From positions 194,484 to 258,483 of the forward strand of contig CAXXKT010000002.1 in assembly GCA_963662405.2 (NCBI GenBank): a stretch of DNA of 64,000 nt, in the 5' to 3' direction. Below, piece by piece: positions 18,861 through 27,732 of this stretch. Origin of the DNA: Syntrophales bacterium. Lineage in GTDB: Bacteria > Desulfobacterota > Syntrophia > Syntrophales > UBA2210. Positions within the stretch are counted from its first letter, which is position 1; the number at the start of each line of letters is the position of its first letter. Under the pieces are notes generated by a model. It was not told where the DNA came from. It was given only the letters and a program-made list of their open reading frames with translations, and searched no databases. The translations under genes and the position numbers were made by a program.

Positions 18861-19030
18861 AGGACTAATCCAGGGACATCCTCAAAAAGTGGAGGATACG
18901 CGCATCCGAGGCATATACCGGCTGTATGTCATCATTCCTGCACGCACCTGAAAAGGCTCGCCTCTCACATCCTCCCGTAGTTTTCAGCAAGAACTGTACC
19001 ATCCAACTACAGATATGTAAAGGGGAACTC

Positions 19031-19585
19031 TCACTCTCCTGAGCGTATTCCATATCGTTCAGTTACCACGTCCCATGCCCCCCGGGCGGCGAGTATCATC
19101 TCACAGATTTCTCGTACCGCACCCTTTCCTCCTTTTTTTTCCGTAACATAATCCGCCCACTCCTTGACGTAGTCAGGGGCATCGGCAACAGCAGCCGAAA
19201 ATCCGACCATCTTGAAAACGGGGACATCAACAACATCATCTCCTACATAGGCAACACAGGCCCCCGACACCCCCTTTTTATCGAGAATCGATTCCATGAT
19301 CTGGCCCTTGTCTCGCGCCCCCTGATACACATCTGTGATGCCGAGTTCATGAGCGCGGTGTCGCACCACCTCGGATGTCCTTCCGGTCAGGAGGACAACC
19401 TCGACACCACCTCGCATCAGCAGCTTAAGTCCGTGGCCGTCTCTGACATGGAAGTGTTTCGATTCGTTTCCCAGGTCGTCGATGATAATCTTTCCATCTG
19501 TCAGAACACCGTCAACATCCAGAATCAAGAGCACAACGTTTTCAAGTTTTTGAGCAAGAGACTGTTCCATGTTTTCTCCAATCAT
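19031..19585 (-). CDS. kdsC: 3-deoxy-D-manno-octulosonate 8-phosphate phosphatase (HAD family)
   Basis: Matching blocks are LLILDVDGVLTDGKIII and GDDVVD..V. Confidence 0.9.
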   Translation of the reverse strand: MIGENMEQSLAQKLENVVLLILDVDGVLTDGKIIIDDLGNESKHFHVRDGHGLKLLMRGGVEVVLLTGRTSEVVRHRAHELGITDVYQGARDKGQIMESILDKKGVSGACVAYVGDDVVDVPVFKMVGFSAAVADAPDYVKEWADYVTEKKGGKGAVREICEMILAARGAWDVVTERYGIRSGE

Positions 19586-20412
19586 GAATGACTCTTCACA
19601 ATGTGATCGATCTTCTTGAGCATTCCGAGAAAATCAGGCAGCATATCGAGTGAAAGAGAATTGGGCCCGTCACAGAGCGCACACTCGGGATCCGGATGAA
19701 CCTCCAGGAAAAGCCCGTCGACACCGGTAGCGATGGCCGCACGCGCTAAGTATACAGCCATCTCCCGGTCACCCCCGGACGAAGTACCGCTCCCCCCGGG
19801 TAGCTGGACGCTGTGAGTAGCATCAAAGACGACGGGATACCCCAGCTTCCTCAGGATGGGGAGCGATCGCATATCGGCAACGAGGTTGTTATAACCGAAA
19901 GAAACCCCCCTTTCGGTTATCAGGATCTTGTTGTTCCCGGCAGAAACAATCTTCCCGATAATGTTCGAGACATCCCACGGGGCAAGGAATTGTCCCTTCT
20001 TGACGTTGACGATAGCACCAGCCTTTCCGACCGCCCGGAGAAAATCCGTCTGTCGGCACAGGAAAGCTGGAATCTGCATAATATCGAGCACCTTTGATGC
20101 CGCATCGATCTCCTCAAAACGGTGGACATCGGAGAGCACGGGAATCCCCAGACCCTCCCTGATCTCCCGGAGAATGGCGAGTCCCTCATCGAGACCGGGC
20201 CCCCTGAAGGAATCAATAGAACTCCGGTTCGCCTTATCATAAGATGCCTTGAAGATAAAAGGGATCCCCAGATCATCGGTCAGGTCCCTGAGATACCGGG
20301 CAATTTCCTCGGTCTTCACCCCGTCCTCGATGACACAAGGACCCGCAATCAAGACAAAGGGGGTGCCGTCTCCCAGCACCATATCATTGAGAACAACTTG
20401 TTCCATGTTCAT
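19582..20412 (-). CDS. kdsA: 3-deoxy-8-phosphooctulonate synthase
   Basis: Matching blocks are FVLIAGPCVIE, IPFIFKASYDKANRSS, QIPAFLCRQTD and VVFDATHSVQLPG. Confidence 0.95.
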   Translation of the reverse strand: MNMEQVVLNDMVLGDGTPFVLIAGPCVIEDGVKTEEIARYLRDLTDDLGIPFIFKASYDKANRSSIDSFRGPGLDEGLAILREIREGLGIPVLSDVHRFEEIDAASKVLDIMQIPAFLCRQTDFLRAVGKAGAIVNVKKGQFLAPWDVSNIIGKIVSAGNNKILITERGVSFGYNNLVADMRSLPILRKLGYPVVFDATHSVQLPGGSGTSSGGDREMAVYLARAAIATGVDGLFLEVHPDPECALCDGPNSLSLDMLPDFLGMLKKIDHIVKSHS

Positions 20413-22403
20413 CCCCCTCGGTGTTTCTGTTGTAGCATTCGAATCCTCATTTGCGGGATCTTGCGTGCCGCGTCACGCGCATCGGGATTGATCTGATGTG
20501 CACGGGTGTATTCGGCAAGTGCTTCTTGATACATTCCCTTCTGTTCGTACGCTTCTCCCAGCCGGTAGTAAACCCTGTCGTCCTCCCGATCGTATCGGAG
20601 CGACGCCTTGTAATTGGCAATCGCCTTGTCGATATCCCCCTTCAGGCTGTACACGTATCCGATACCCGCGTATAGGCCAGCCTCCTGTGGCTGGAGTTTG
20701 ATCATCTTCTGATAGGTAGCTATGGTCTTATCGTGCTGTTTTTCCATTTGGTAATGGTTTGCCAGAATCGTCAGGACTTCCATAGTGGGTCTTTTCGAGG
20801 CATATTTTTCATACAAGGCGATGGCTTTCCCCTTTGCCCCGCTCCGATCATAGGCGACGGCGAGGTGATAATCGATATCATGATCCTTCGAACCATACTT
20901 CCGGGCCTTTTCATAGTTGCGAGCCGACTCCTTATGGCGTTTCATCTCGCCGTAGACAAGCCCCAACCTTTCGTACAGAAATACCTCCTTCGGCCGGTCT
21001 TTTGCCACTTTCTCATACAGGACCACCGCCCTGCGGTATTCTTTTTTCAGCAGGTAATATTCGGCAAGCCTCAGCCGGGCATCCGGGTCTCCCGGTTTCA
21101 ATTTCAATACCTTCCGATACTCTTCGGCCGCGCTGTCGTATTTTTTTTCTTTCTCATACGCCGTAGCGAGGTTGAAGTGTATGATCGGATCGTTGGGACT
21201 GAGAGAAATGGCCTTCCGGTAATTCGCGATCTCTCGCGCGGAGTCCCCCCGGCTCCCATAGGCAACCCCTATGTTGGCATACGCCGAGGCGTTATTGGGC
21301 TGCTTTTGTATCACCTTCAGGTACATAGCAATGGCATCGTCATTCCTGCCCACCCGTAGGTAGGCATCCGCGAGAACAACCATCACCCCCGCATCACCCG
21401 GCATTTTCTTCAGCACCTTTTCGTACTCTTCGATCGCCTTTTTGGTCCTGCCCGTCTTTTCATATGCCTCGGCCAGGTTATAACGGACTGTGGTACTGTT
21501 GGGATTCAGGCTGAGCGACGCCTCGCTGTTTGCCGCCGCTCGAATCCAATTTCCCAACTGGGCGTAGGAATAGGCGATATTTGCGTAGGCGATATCGTCC
21601 TTGGGATCGATTGCAATAATCTTTCGGTAGGCGGAAATCGCCTTCTTGTGCTGCTTGGTGACCATGTATATCTTCGCCAACTCGATCAATGAAGCGAGAT
21701 CGTCCGATTTATGGGTCAAGACCCGCTTATACTCCTCGATCCCCTTGTCGGTCTGTTTTGCTTTGACGTACAATCGTGCCAGCATCTTGCGGGTATTGAG
21801 ATCATCCGGTTGCATCTGAACGGCATGCTCGAGATACTCTATTTGAGATTTTTCCGCCGTGCTACCTCGCGCGAATCGTAGCCAGTCCTGGGGCGTAATC
21901 AGGATATCGATCGGGATGGACGCAATCGGTTGATTATGGTGGAAAACCGTAACTTTGAAAGTATTCTTCTCGTCTGAGATCTTTTTGTCAACAAGTTCGA
22001 TCCCCTTGAGCAATACCTCAAAATCGCTCTCCGTTCCCGCTCCCTCGACATCCACCGTGATCCCCCGGTTGAAAAGAGCGTTCGTCGACACACGCCTTAC
22101 GACAAACTCATCACGGTAAGAGACTACAAAGTGGTCTTGTTCCCCCAACCTGAAATCCTGACCGTTTTTCTCTATATCAACGTAATGGAGCCGGGGGACC
22201 TCCCTCCCGAAGGCAACCAGAACAACGTCTCTCGCCTTTTCCAGATACGCAAATCCGTCGAAGGTCTCCATGAGGGGTCTGAAGGCTATCCCCACGCCGA
22301 AAGAGAGCATGACAACGAGAAAGATGATTATTCCGGTCCGCTTAGTGGCACGGGTTTCTTCGTGTTTTCTTTTTTTATCTATGGAATCGCGATAATAATC
22401 CAT
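20409..22403 (-). CDS. Membrane-anchored tetratricopeptide (TPR) repeat protein
   Basis: 664 aa with one N-terminal TM segment and then more than 10 TPR-like units (A..Y.KAL.L.P.. periodicity). ATGA-type overlap with the kdsA start. Confidence 0.85.
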   Translation of the reverse strand: MDYYRDSIDKKRKHEETRATKRTGIIIFLVVMLSFGVGIAFRPLMETFDGFAYLEKARDVVLVAFGREVPRLHYVDIEKNGQDFRLGEQDHFVVSYRDEFVVRRVSTNALFNRGITVDVEGAGTESDFEVLLKGIELVDKKISDEKNTFKVTVFHHNQPIASIPIDILITPQDWLRFARGSTAEKSQIEYLEHAVQMQPDDLNTRKMLARLYVKAKQTDKGIEEYKRVLTHKSDDLASLIELAKIYMVTKQHKKAISAYRKIIAIDPKDDIAYANIAYSYAQLGNWIRAAANSEASLSLNPNSTTVRYNLAEAYEKTGRTKKAIEEYEKVLKKMPGDAGVMVVLADAYLRVGRNDDAIAMYLKVIQKQPNNASAYANIGVAYGSRGDSAREIANYRKAISLSPNDPIIHFNLATAYEKEKKYDSAAEEYRKVLKLKPGDPDARLRLAEYYLLKKEYRRAVVLYEKVAKDRPKEVFLYERLGLVYGEMKRHKESARNYEKARKYGSKDHDIDYHLAVAYDRSGAKGKAIALYEKYASKRPTMEVLTILANHYQMEKQHDKTIATYQKMIKLQPQEAGLYAGIGYVYSLKGDIDKAIANYKASLRYDREDDRVYYRLGEAYEQKGMYQEALAEYTRAHQINPDARDAARKIPQMRIRMLQQKHRGG

Positions 22404-22405
22404 CG

Positions 22406-23308
22406 TTACCCTCTGGGATGATATTTCCGGTGAATCTCCCTGAGCCGTTCCCGGGTGACGTGTGTATAAATCTGCGTTGTCGATATATCGGCATGGCCGA
22501 GCATCACCTGGACGGATCGTAGATCGGCCCCCCCCTCCAGAAGGTGGGTCGCAAACGAATGTCTGAACGTATGCGGATACACCTTTTTCTGAAGCCCGGC
22601 CGTTCTAACATATTTTTTTACAATCTTCCAGAATCCCTGGCGCGTCAACTGATTGCCGGAGCGATTGAGAAACAGGACATTCACGGCCACGGGCTTTCCT
22701 CCGACCAGCTTCTTGCGTGCCTCGGCGACATACCGATTCACGCAATTCAAGGCCGTTTGACCGATCGGGACAACCCTCTCTTTATTCCCTTTCCCCAAGA
22801 CAATGAGATAACCCGCCTGCCAGTTTATATTCCCCATCCCCAAACCGACCAGCTCCGATACGCGTATTCCCGTTGCATAGAGGAGTTCCAACATGGCCGT
22901 ATCCCTTAAGGCTAGGGGCGTCTTCATGCCGGGCTGCTTCAGGAGAAGCTCCATCTCACTACGGCTGAGTGTATCGGGAAGGCGCATCCATACCTTCGCC
23001 AGTTCTATGGATCCCACCGGATTTTCATCAATACGATTCTCGGCCAGGAGATACTTGTACAATCCTCTGAGCGCCGCCAGTGACCGATTGATGGAGGTAG
23101 CTGCCAGACCACGCCCTTTCAGCTCACCGAGAAATGAGATGATCGTATCGGAAGAAGAATCCTCGATATGCGTAATCCCCATCCCTTCGACAAAATCGAG
23201 ATATCGGTTCAGGTCCCGGCTGTACGCCTCGAGGGTATTCAAGGAAACGCCCTTTTCAACCGCGATAAAATTGAGATACCCATCGATGCACTTGTACATG
23301 GTCTCCAC
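22406..23308 (-). CDS. xerD: Site-specific tyrosine recombinase XerD-like
   Basis: The N-terminal SAM-like domain shows YLNFIAVEKGVSLNTLEAYSRDL. The catalytic region shows ATGIRVSE, HTFRHSFATHLLEGGADLR.VQ.MLGHADISTTQIYTHV. The XerC versus XerD assignment is by motif feel only. Confidence 0.8.
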   Translation of the reverse strand: METMYKCIDGYLNFIAVEKGVSLNTLEAYSRDLNRYLDFVEGMGITHIEDSSSDTIISFLGELKGRGLAATSINRSLAALRGLYKYLLAENRIDENPVGSIELAKVWMRLPDTLSRSEMELLLKQPGMKTPLALRDTAMLELLYATGIRVSELVGLGMGNINWQAGYLIVLGKGNKERVVPIGQTALNCVNRYVAEARKKLVGGKPVAVNVLFLNRSGNQLTRQGFWKIVKKYVRTAGLQKKVYPHTFRHSFATHLLEGGADLRSVQVMLGHADISTTQIYTHVTRERLREIHRKYHPRG

Positions 23309-23386
23309 CCTTTTATACCGGCGAAAGGCTAAAGGACACCCAAAGGGCTTACAAACAGTCTCTCTGCCTGTCGCGCATCCTTCATC

Positions 23387-23854
23387 TCAGCATCCCCCCT
23401 TATCGATGTAGCCGCACCACTGAAAATTGTTTGCCTTGTCAATCTGGTCATTCAGCGTCCAGAAATCATACAGATACCCAAGACCGAAAACACCCCCTGT
23501 CAGCAGATACAAAATTCCCGTGAACCACTTCTCAAGGTACATTCGATGTACCCCAAAGACCCCGAGATAAGTCAAAAGGATCCATGCGGTGGAATCATTG
23601 ACCCATCCCTCTGCAAAACGCGGGTCACTCCGCCGCTGACCTGACGAGAGGACATCAGCCTCAGCCTGTCGCTGGAACGACGGGATCAGAAAAAGATCAA
23701 CCAGCCATCCGATGCCGAGAAGGCCGAAGGTCAGGAAATAGACCGTTCCCGAGATCGGCCTGCTGTAATAGAACCGGTGAGCACCGGTAAAACCGAAGAG
23801 CCACAGGACATAACCCGTCGATGTGCGGTTCATTGTATTCTCTTCCACAGGCAT
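23387..23854 (-). CDS. TM2 domain-containing membrane protein (two TM2 units)
   Basis: Two copies of the TM2 pattern are present: LWLFGFTGAHRFYYSRP and LTYLGVFGVHRMYLEKW. Confidence 0.8.
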   Translation of the reverse strand: MPVEENTMNRTSTGYVLWLFGFTGAHRFYYSRPISGTVYFLTFGLLGIGWLVDLFLIPSFQRQAEADVLSSGQRRSDPRFAEGWVNDSTAWILLTYLGVFGVHRMYLEKWFTGILYLLTGGVFGLGYLYDFWTLNDQIDKANNFQWCGYIDKGGC

Positions 23855-23996
23855 TCCCTCCTTTCAGAGAATTACGCCCTCTTCAAGCTGCCGTTCATCA
23901 CATTCAACGGCAACCACGTTCCATTGTCAAGGATTATAGCGAGTCGATATTCACTCCGGAGGCCTGCCTCTGTCGCGCCACGCGTATTGCGCGTGT

Positions 23997-24509
23997 TCAA
24001 CAGAGAGACAGGAAATCGATAACGGAGCGTGCGGGCGGTGACAGCCTCAACCGCCCTTCCCTCTCTCTTCGCAGGATATCCGCAACAGTCATGAACGCGA
24101 CGGAAGCGATTTCGTCGCGTTTCCGGGTGAACGGTCCCGATGAGAATACCTTGAATACAGAGGAATACTCCGTCTCGGTCGGATAACGGTAGAGAAATGT
24201 CCCCAGAAACTCCCCGGGCAGATCGATACCGAGTTCCTCCCTGGTCTCCCTGACGGCCGCCTCCTCGTACGATTCACCGGCATCGACATGACCGCTCACC
24301 GACGTCACCCACTGACCGGGATTGACATCCTTTGAGTGACTCCGCTCCTGCCACAGGATCTCCCCCCAATCATTGAAGACCAGGACAAAGACCGCCCGGT
24401 GGATCAGCGCGGGATCAGCGTGACATTCGCGACGCGTCGCCTGTCCGATAACGGTGTCGTCACCATCCACGATATCAAACAGTTCTTCAGGGTTATCGGT
24501 GATTGCCAT
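23997..24509 (-). CDS. NUDIX hydrolase
   Basis: The Nudix box is GHVDAGESYEEAAVRETREELGI. Confidence 0.85.
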   Translation of the reverse strand: MAITDNPEELFDIVDGDDTVIGQATRRECHADPALIHRAVFVLVFNDWGEILWQERSHSKDVNPGQWVTSVSGHVDAGESYEEAAVRETREELGIDLPGEFLGTFLYRYPTETEYSSVFKVFSSGPFTRKRDEIASVAFMTVADILRREREGRLRLSPPARSVIDFLSLC

Positions 24510-24556
24510 GATATTCCAGCGTATTTCACACCTGCGGTGATGGTCGCTTGTGGTTT

Positions 24557-25231
24557 TCAGTGTCGTTCAACAACATGTCGCCGCTCTTGCGCGGCCCTAT
24601 CCCGGCCCCGCCCCCAGGGAAAGGCGTTCCGCGTCATCGCATCACGCATGGACTCGATCCAGACATCCCAGTACGAAACCGATGTACAGCCACGGGGAAT
24701 ATATCCGAGGTCGATCTTGAGATCTCCAAGAGAGGGTTTTTCTTGGTGCAATATCTCCTCAATTTCGGAAAAGGGAATCCACGCGTAGACCCCCCGTTCA
24801 GTCGTGCTCCCGTCCGTCTCGTCCGTGGGATTGTTCATGATGCGCCGTGCGGGTACGAAGGGAACCTCCACGAAGTAGGTTGCAAAACCGTTTGTTATCG
24901 AAGGACTCTGCTCTTCGATTTGCTCCCCAAGCCATGTTCGAGAGAAATACCGGCGCGTTTCCTCTTCCGTTTCCCGTGCCGCCGTTTCCCGCTGCGTCTC
25001 TCCGTCAAACGCGCTACCCCCGAAGGATCCCCAACCGCGCGAGCTGTTAGCGTGATCGGCAAGAAGGAGCAACACATCGTGCCCCCGGCAACAGTACAGA
25101 ACGATCCCCGCGGGTCCTTGCGCGTACATGGGGGAAACGGCAATAGTGATTACAACAACAATCGCAGCAATGAGGGTTGATATTCTAAAGGGTATCCTAT
25201 TTCGCAACATATCTCCTATCAGTTTTCCCAA
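24557..25231 (-). CDS. NUDIX-like protein with N-terminal signal/anchor sequence
   Basis: A hydrophobic N-terminus (ISTLIAAIVVVITIAVSPMYAQG) is followed by a Nudix-box-like GGSAFDGETQRETAARETEEETR. Confidence 0.65.
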   Translation of the reverse strand: MGKLIGDMLRNRIPFRISTLIAAIVVVITIAVSPMYAQGPAGIVLYCCRGHDVLLLLADHANSSRGWGSFGGSAFDGETQRETAARETEEETRRYFSRTWLGEQIEEQSPSITNGFATYFVEVPFVPARRIMNNPTDETDGSTTERGVYAWIPFSEIEEILHQEKPSLGDLKIDLGYIPRGCTSVSYWDVWIESMRDAMTRNAFPWGRGRDRAAQERRHVVERH

Positions 25232-25247
25232 AACTGAACGGAAAGTC

Positions 25248-25271
25248 GGGGTCAGGTCTTGCTTTTTGCCA
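25248..25271. repeat. Left arm of a perfect 24-bp inverted repeat (GGGGTCAGGTCTTGCTTTTTGCCA)
   Basis: It is the exact reverse complement of 26117-26140. It overlaps the last codons and the stop of the Y1 transposase-like CDS. Confidence 0.9.
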
Positions 25272-26094
25272 CTTTTGACGCGATTTTGCTGACCCGTGAA
25301 TAATGGAGCCCGACGTGGTCACCCACATCCTTTAATCCATATCCCCAATGGCGCACGGCATCATAGATCCCTTCATCTCTCTCCGTACCATCGAATATCT
25401 CAGCGAGAGAAGGACGCGCGGCATACTTCTCCATTCGCACCGCTTCACCCATTTCCGACACATTGATCATCGTTCGTATTTTTTCGATAAACTCTCCTCG
25501 CCCTACGATGAGCCCTCCTTTGGCCTCTTTCAAAGGACTTTCAATACCGGATCCTTCCTTCACAAATGAGGCGTACCGTTCGCGGGCCTGACCCTTCGAA
25601 GCTGAGAAGAGATCAAGCAACCAGTCCGTATGGAGAAACGACTCTTGCGGTTTCACACCGGTTGTCGCACCGTATGACGACCACACCCAGTCTTCCGGCG
25701 AACGGACCAACCCCGCCCGGATGGGATTCAACGCTATATATCGGCTCAGTTCGAGAAGGTAGGGATCCTTTTCAACGACGAACGCCTTATAGCGACCCTG
25801 TAAGAGATGGCCGACACGGTTGTGGGCCCTGTTATACTTCTGAGTATACACGCCGTTGAGCTGGCGCATCCCCTGGGATAGATTGGCCTGGGGGGTTTCC
25901 ACCAGGAGGTGGTAGTGATTGCCCATGAGGCAGTACGCGTGGACAATCCAGCGATACTGCTTGACCACACTGGCAAGAATCGAGAGAAACATTCGGTAGT
26001 CTTTATTATCTATAAAGATATCCTGCCGGGCATTCCCCCGGGAGGTCACATGATAGAAACCACCTTCGTATTCTATGCGTAGAGGTCGCGCCAT
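25252..26094 (-). CDS. IS200-like / REP-associated Y1 (HUH) transposase-family protein with C-terminal DnaA-C-like HTH
   Basis: Matching blocks are MARPLRIEYEGGFYHVTSRGN, the HUH motif in MGNHYHLLVETP, and the catalytic Tyr region GHLLQGRYKAFVV. The C-terminal region LKDVGDHVGLHYSRVSKI is helix-turn-helix-like. Confidence 0.85.
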   Translation of the reverse strand: MARPLRIEYEGGFYHVTSRGNARQDIFIDNKDYRMFLSILASVVKQYRWIVHAYCLMGNHYHLLVETPQANLSQGMRQLNGVYTQKYNRAHNRVGHLLQGRYKAFVVEKDPYLLELSRYIALNPIRAGLVRSPEDWVWSSYGATTGVKPQESFLHTDWLLDLFSASKGQARERYASFVKEGSGIESPLKEAKGGLIVGRGEFIEKIRTMINVSEMGEAVRMEKYAARPSLAEIFDGTERDEGIYDAVRHWGYGLKDVGDHVGLHYSRVSKIASKVAKSKT

Positions 26095-26116
26095 GGGAAA
26101 CGGGTATCACACCCGA

Positions 26117-26140
26117 TGGCAAAAAGCAAGACCTGACCCC
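26117..26140. repeat. Right arm of the perfect 24-bp inverted repeat (TGGCAAAAAGCAAGACCTGACCCC)
   Basis: It is the exact reverse complement of 25248-25271 and lies 23-46 nt upstream of the transposase-like start codon. Confidence 0.9.
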
Positions 26141-26163
26141 TTTTCCTCCTTTTCCACAGGCAA

Positions 26164-26613
26164 TCATTCACTCTGTCTTTTCCTCTGCAAAAGATCAAAT
26201 CGCTTATAGAAACCGAACCTTTGATAGTATTCCAGAACAGGATCATTTCCTTCCGCGACGAAGAGGAATATCTCTACACAACCCTTTTCATCGAGCCAGC
26301 CCAGGGCCGCCCGCATAAGCTGTTCGGCGATACCCCGATTTCGAAAGACAGGATCGACATAGAGCGAGTCGACCTCACCCCGGTTCTTTTCGACACTGGC
26401 AATACAATAGCCTGCGTATTGGTCGCCACCGTCTCCCACGGCGAAGATCGCGCAGTGGTCCTTGCGGAAGATCGCCTGCATCCGCTTTTCGAAGGTGAGC
26501 GAGGTGAAGTGGTCTCGGAAGTTTCCGGCCAACCCTCCGTGATGAGCGTTCAGGCCTTCCCACAGTCCCTCAATCTCACGGTATTCTTCTCTTTTGAGTT
26601 CAATGATATCCAT
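26164..26613 (-). CDS. GNAT family N-acetyltransferase
   Basis: 149 aa with motif A VDPVFRNRGIAEQLMRAAL and YQRFGF. Confidence 0.85.
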   Translation of the reverse strand: MDIIELKREEYREIEGLWEGLNAHHGGLAGNFRDHFTSLTFEKRMQAIFRKDHCAIFAVGDGGDQYAGYCIASVEKNRGEVDSLYVDPVFRNRGIAEQLMRAALGWLDEKGCVEIFLFVAEGNDPVLEYYQRFGFYKRFDLLQRKRQSE

Positions 26614-26693
26614 GGGTAATCCGCTGTTGATTTGACATTCTCGGACCCTCCCCTTCCCTGTAAGGAATTCGTCAACGGGTCGAATGTCTGTGA

Positions 26694-27503
26694 CTATTCC
26701 ACCTCGTGGAGATGAACATCCTGCTGCGGAAAAGGAATGGTGATCCCCTCCGCATCAAAACGTTTTTTGATCTTCTCCTGGAGGTCAAAAAAAACATCCC
26801 AGTAATCCGCGGTCATGACCCATGGCCTGACAACAAAATTTACGCTGCTGTCGGCAAGTTCCAGCACGGCGATCGTCGGAGCCGGGTCCCGCAGGATGCG
26901 TTGATCTTCCGAGACGATTTTCGTGAGAACCGCCCGAACCTTGTCGAGATCGTCGCCATAGCTGACACCCGCGACGATATCGATCCGGCGCTGGTCTTTG
27001 GCCGAATAGTTGACGATCTTGTCGGCTGTTACTTTGGCGTTCGGTATGATGATCTTCTTGTTATCCGGAGATTTGAGCTCCGTGGTGAAGATCCCGATCG
27101 CTTCAACAGTCCCCGCGGTACCGCCGGCTTCGATATAATCCCCCACTTTGAAGGGTTTGAAAATGATCATCAGAACACCGGCGGCAAAATTGGCCAGTGA
27201 ACCCTGCAGGGCCAGTCCAACGGCCAGACCGGCGGCGCCAATCACGGCAATGAACGAGGCGGTCTGGACGCCAAGCTGTCCCAGCGCGGCTATGACGACG
27301 AATGCCATCAGGGCCACATAGGTCACACTGGTCACAAAGGAGACCAGGGCTTCATCCGCACGGCTCCTGCGGAGAAGACGCCCGACAAGAGCCCTGATAG
27401 CCTTGGCCGCCACGTACCCGATTACAAAGATTGCCGCAGATCCGACAACCTTCAAACCATACAGCACAATCCATTCCTGAAGCTTCACAGCGATCTGGTC
27501 CAT
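26694..27503 (-). CDS. mscS: Small-conductance mechanosensitive channel (MscS family)
   Basis: Three TM segments are followed by the conserved pore/beta-domain junction GSLANFAAGVLMIIFKPFKVGDYIE..G..GTVE.I..F.T.L...DN...IIPN. Confidence 0.9.
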   Translation of the reverse strand: MDQIAVKLQEWIVLYGLKVVGSAAIFVIGYVAAKAIRALVGRLLRRSRADEALVSFVTSVTYVALMAFVVIAALGQLGVQTASFIAVIGAAGLAVGLALQGSLANFAAGVLMIIFKPFKVGDYIEAGGTAGTVEAIGIFTTELKSPDNKKIIIPNAKVTADKIVNYSAKDQRRIDIVAGVSYGDDLDKVRAVLTKIVSEDQRILRDPAPTIAVLELADSSVNFVVRPWVMTADYWDVFFDLQEKIKKRFDAEGITIPFPQQDVHLHEVE

Positions 27504-27732
27504 TGGTTCCCCCCTTTTGTCGAGTTAACGACACAAACCCGTCTTCTCATGGTGAAAAGCAGGGCTTTAAATGATCAGACCATGTTCGTCCTTGTGTGGC
27601 CAGGGTTCAGGTGTACTTCTGATACAGACAGGTTCAAGGTCAGTACCTTTTCTGGGAAAATTAGACCAACAGGAACGAATTGTCAAGAAATATCGCAGAG
27701 TCACACGTTCAGGGGACAAGACCTTTCTAAGG

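Larger units (their letters stand above)
25248..26140 (-). mobile_element. Candidate 893-bp IR-bounded unit carrying the Y1 transposase-like gene (mobility unproven)
   Basis: Perfect 24-bp inverted repeats sit at both ends with a single gene inside. I see no target-site duplication in the flanks. Confidence 0.35.

Noticed and set aside
23960-23996. Short palindrome CACGCG-TATTG-CGCGTG after the Nudix gene
   Set aside because: It is only a 6-bp stem with no U tract, which is too weak to call a terminator or operator.
27504-27732. 229-nt intergenic region between the GT2-like gene and mscS, considered as a possible small RNA
   Set aside because: I found no recognisable motif, no strong hairpin and no conserved-looking structure. 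It most simply holds the mscS promoter.
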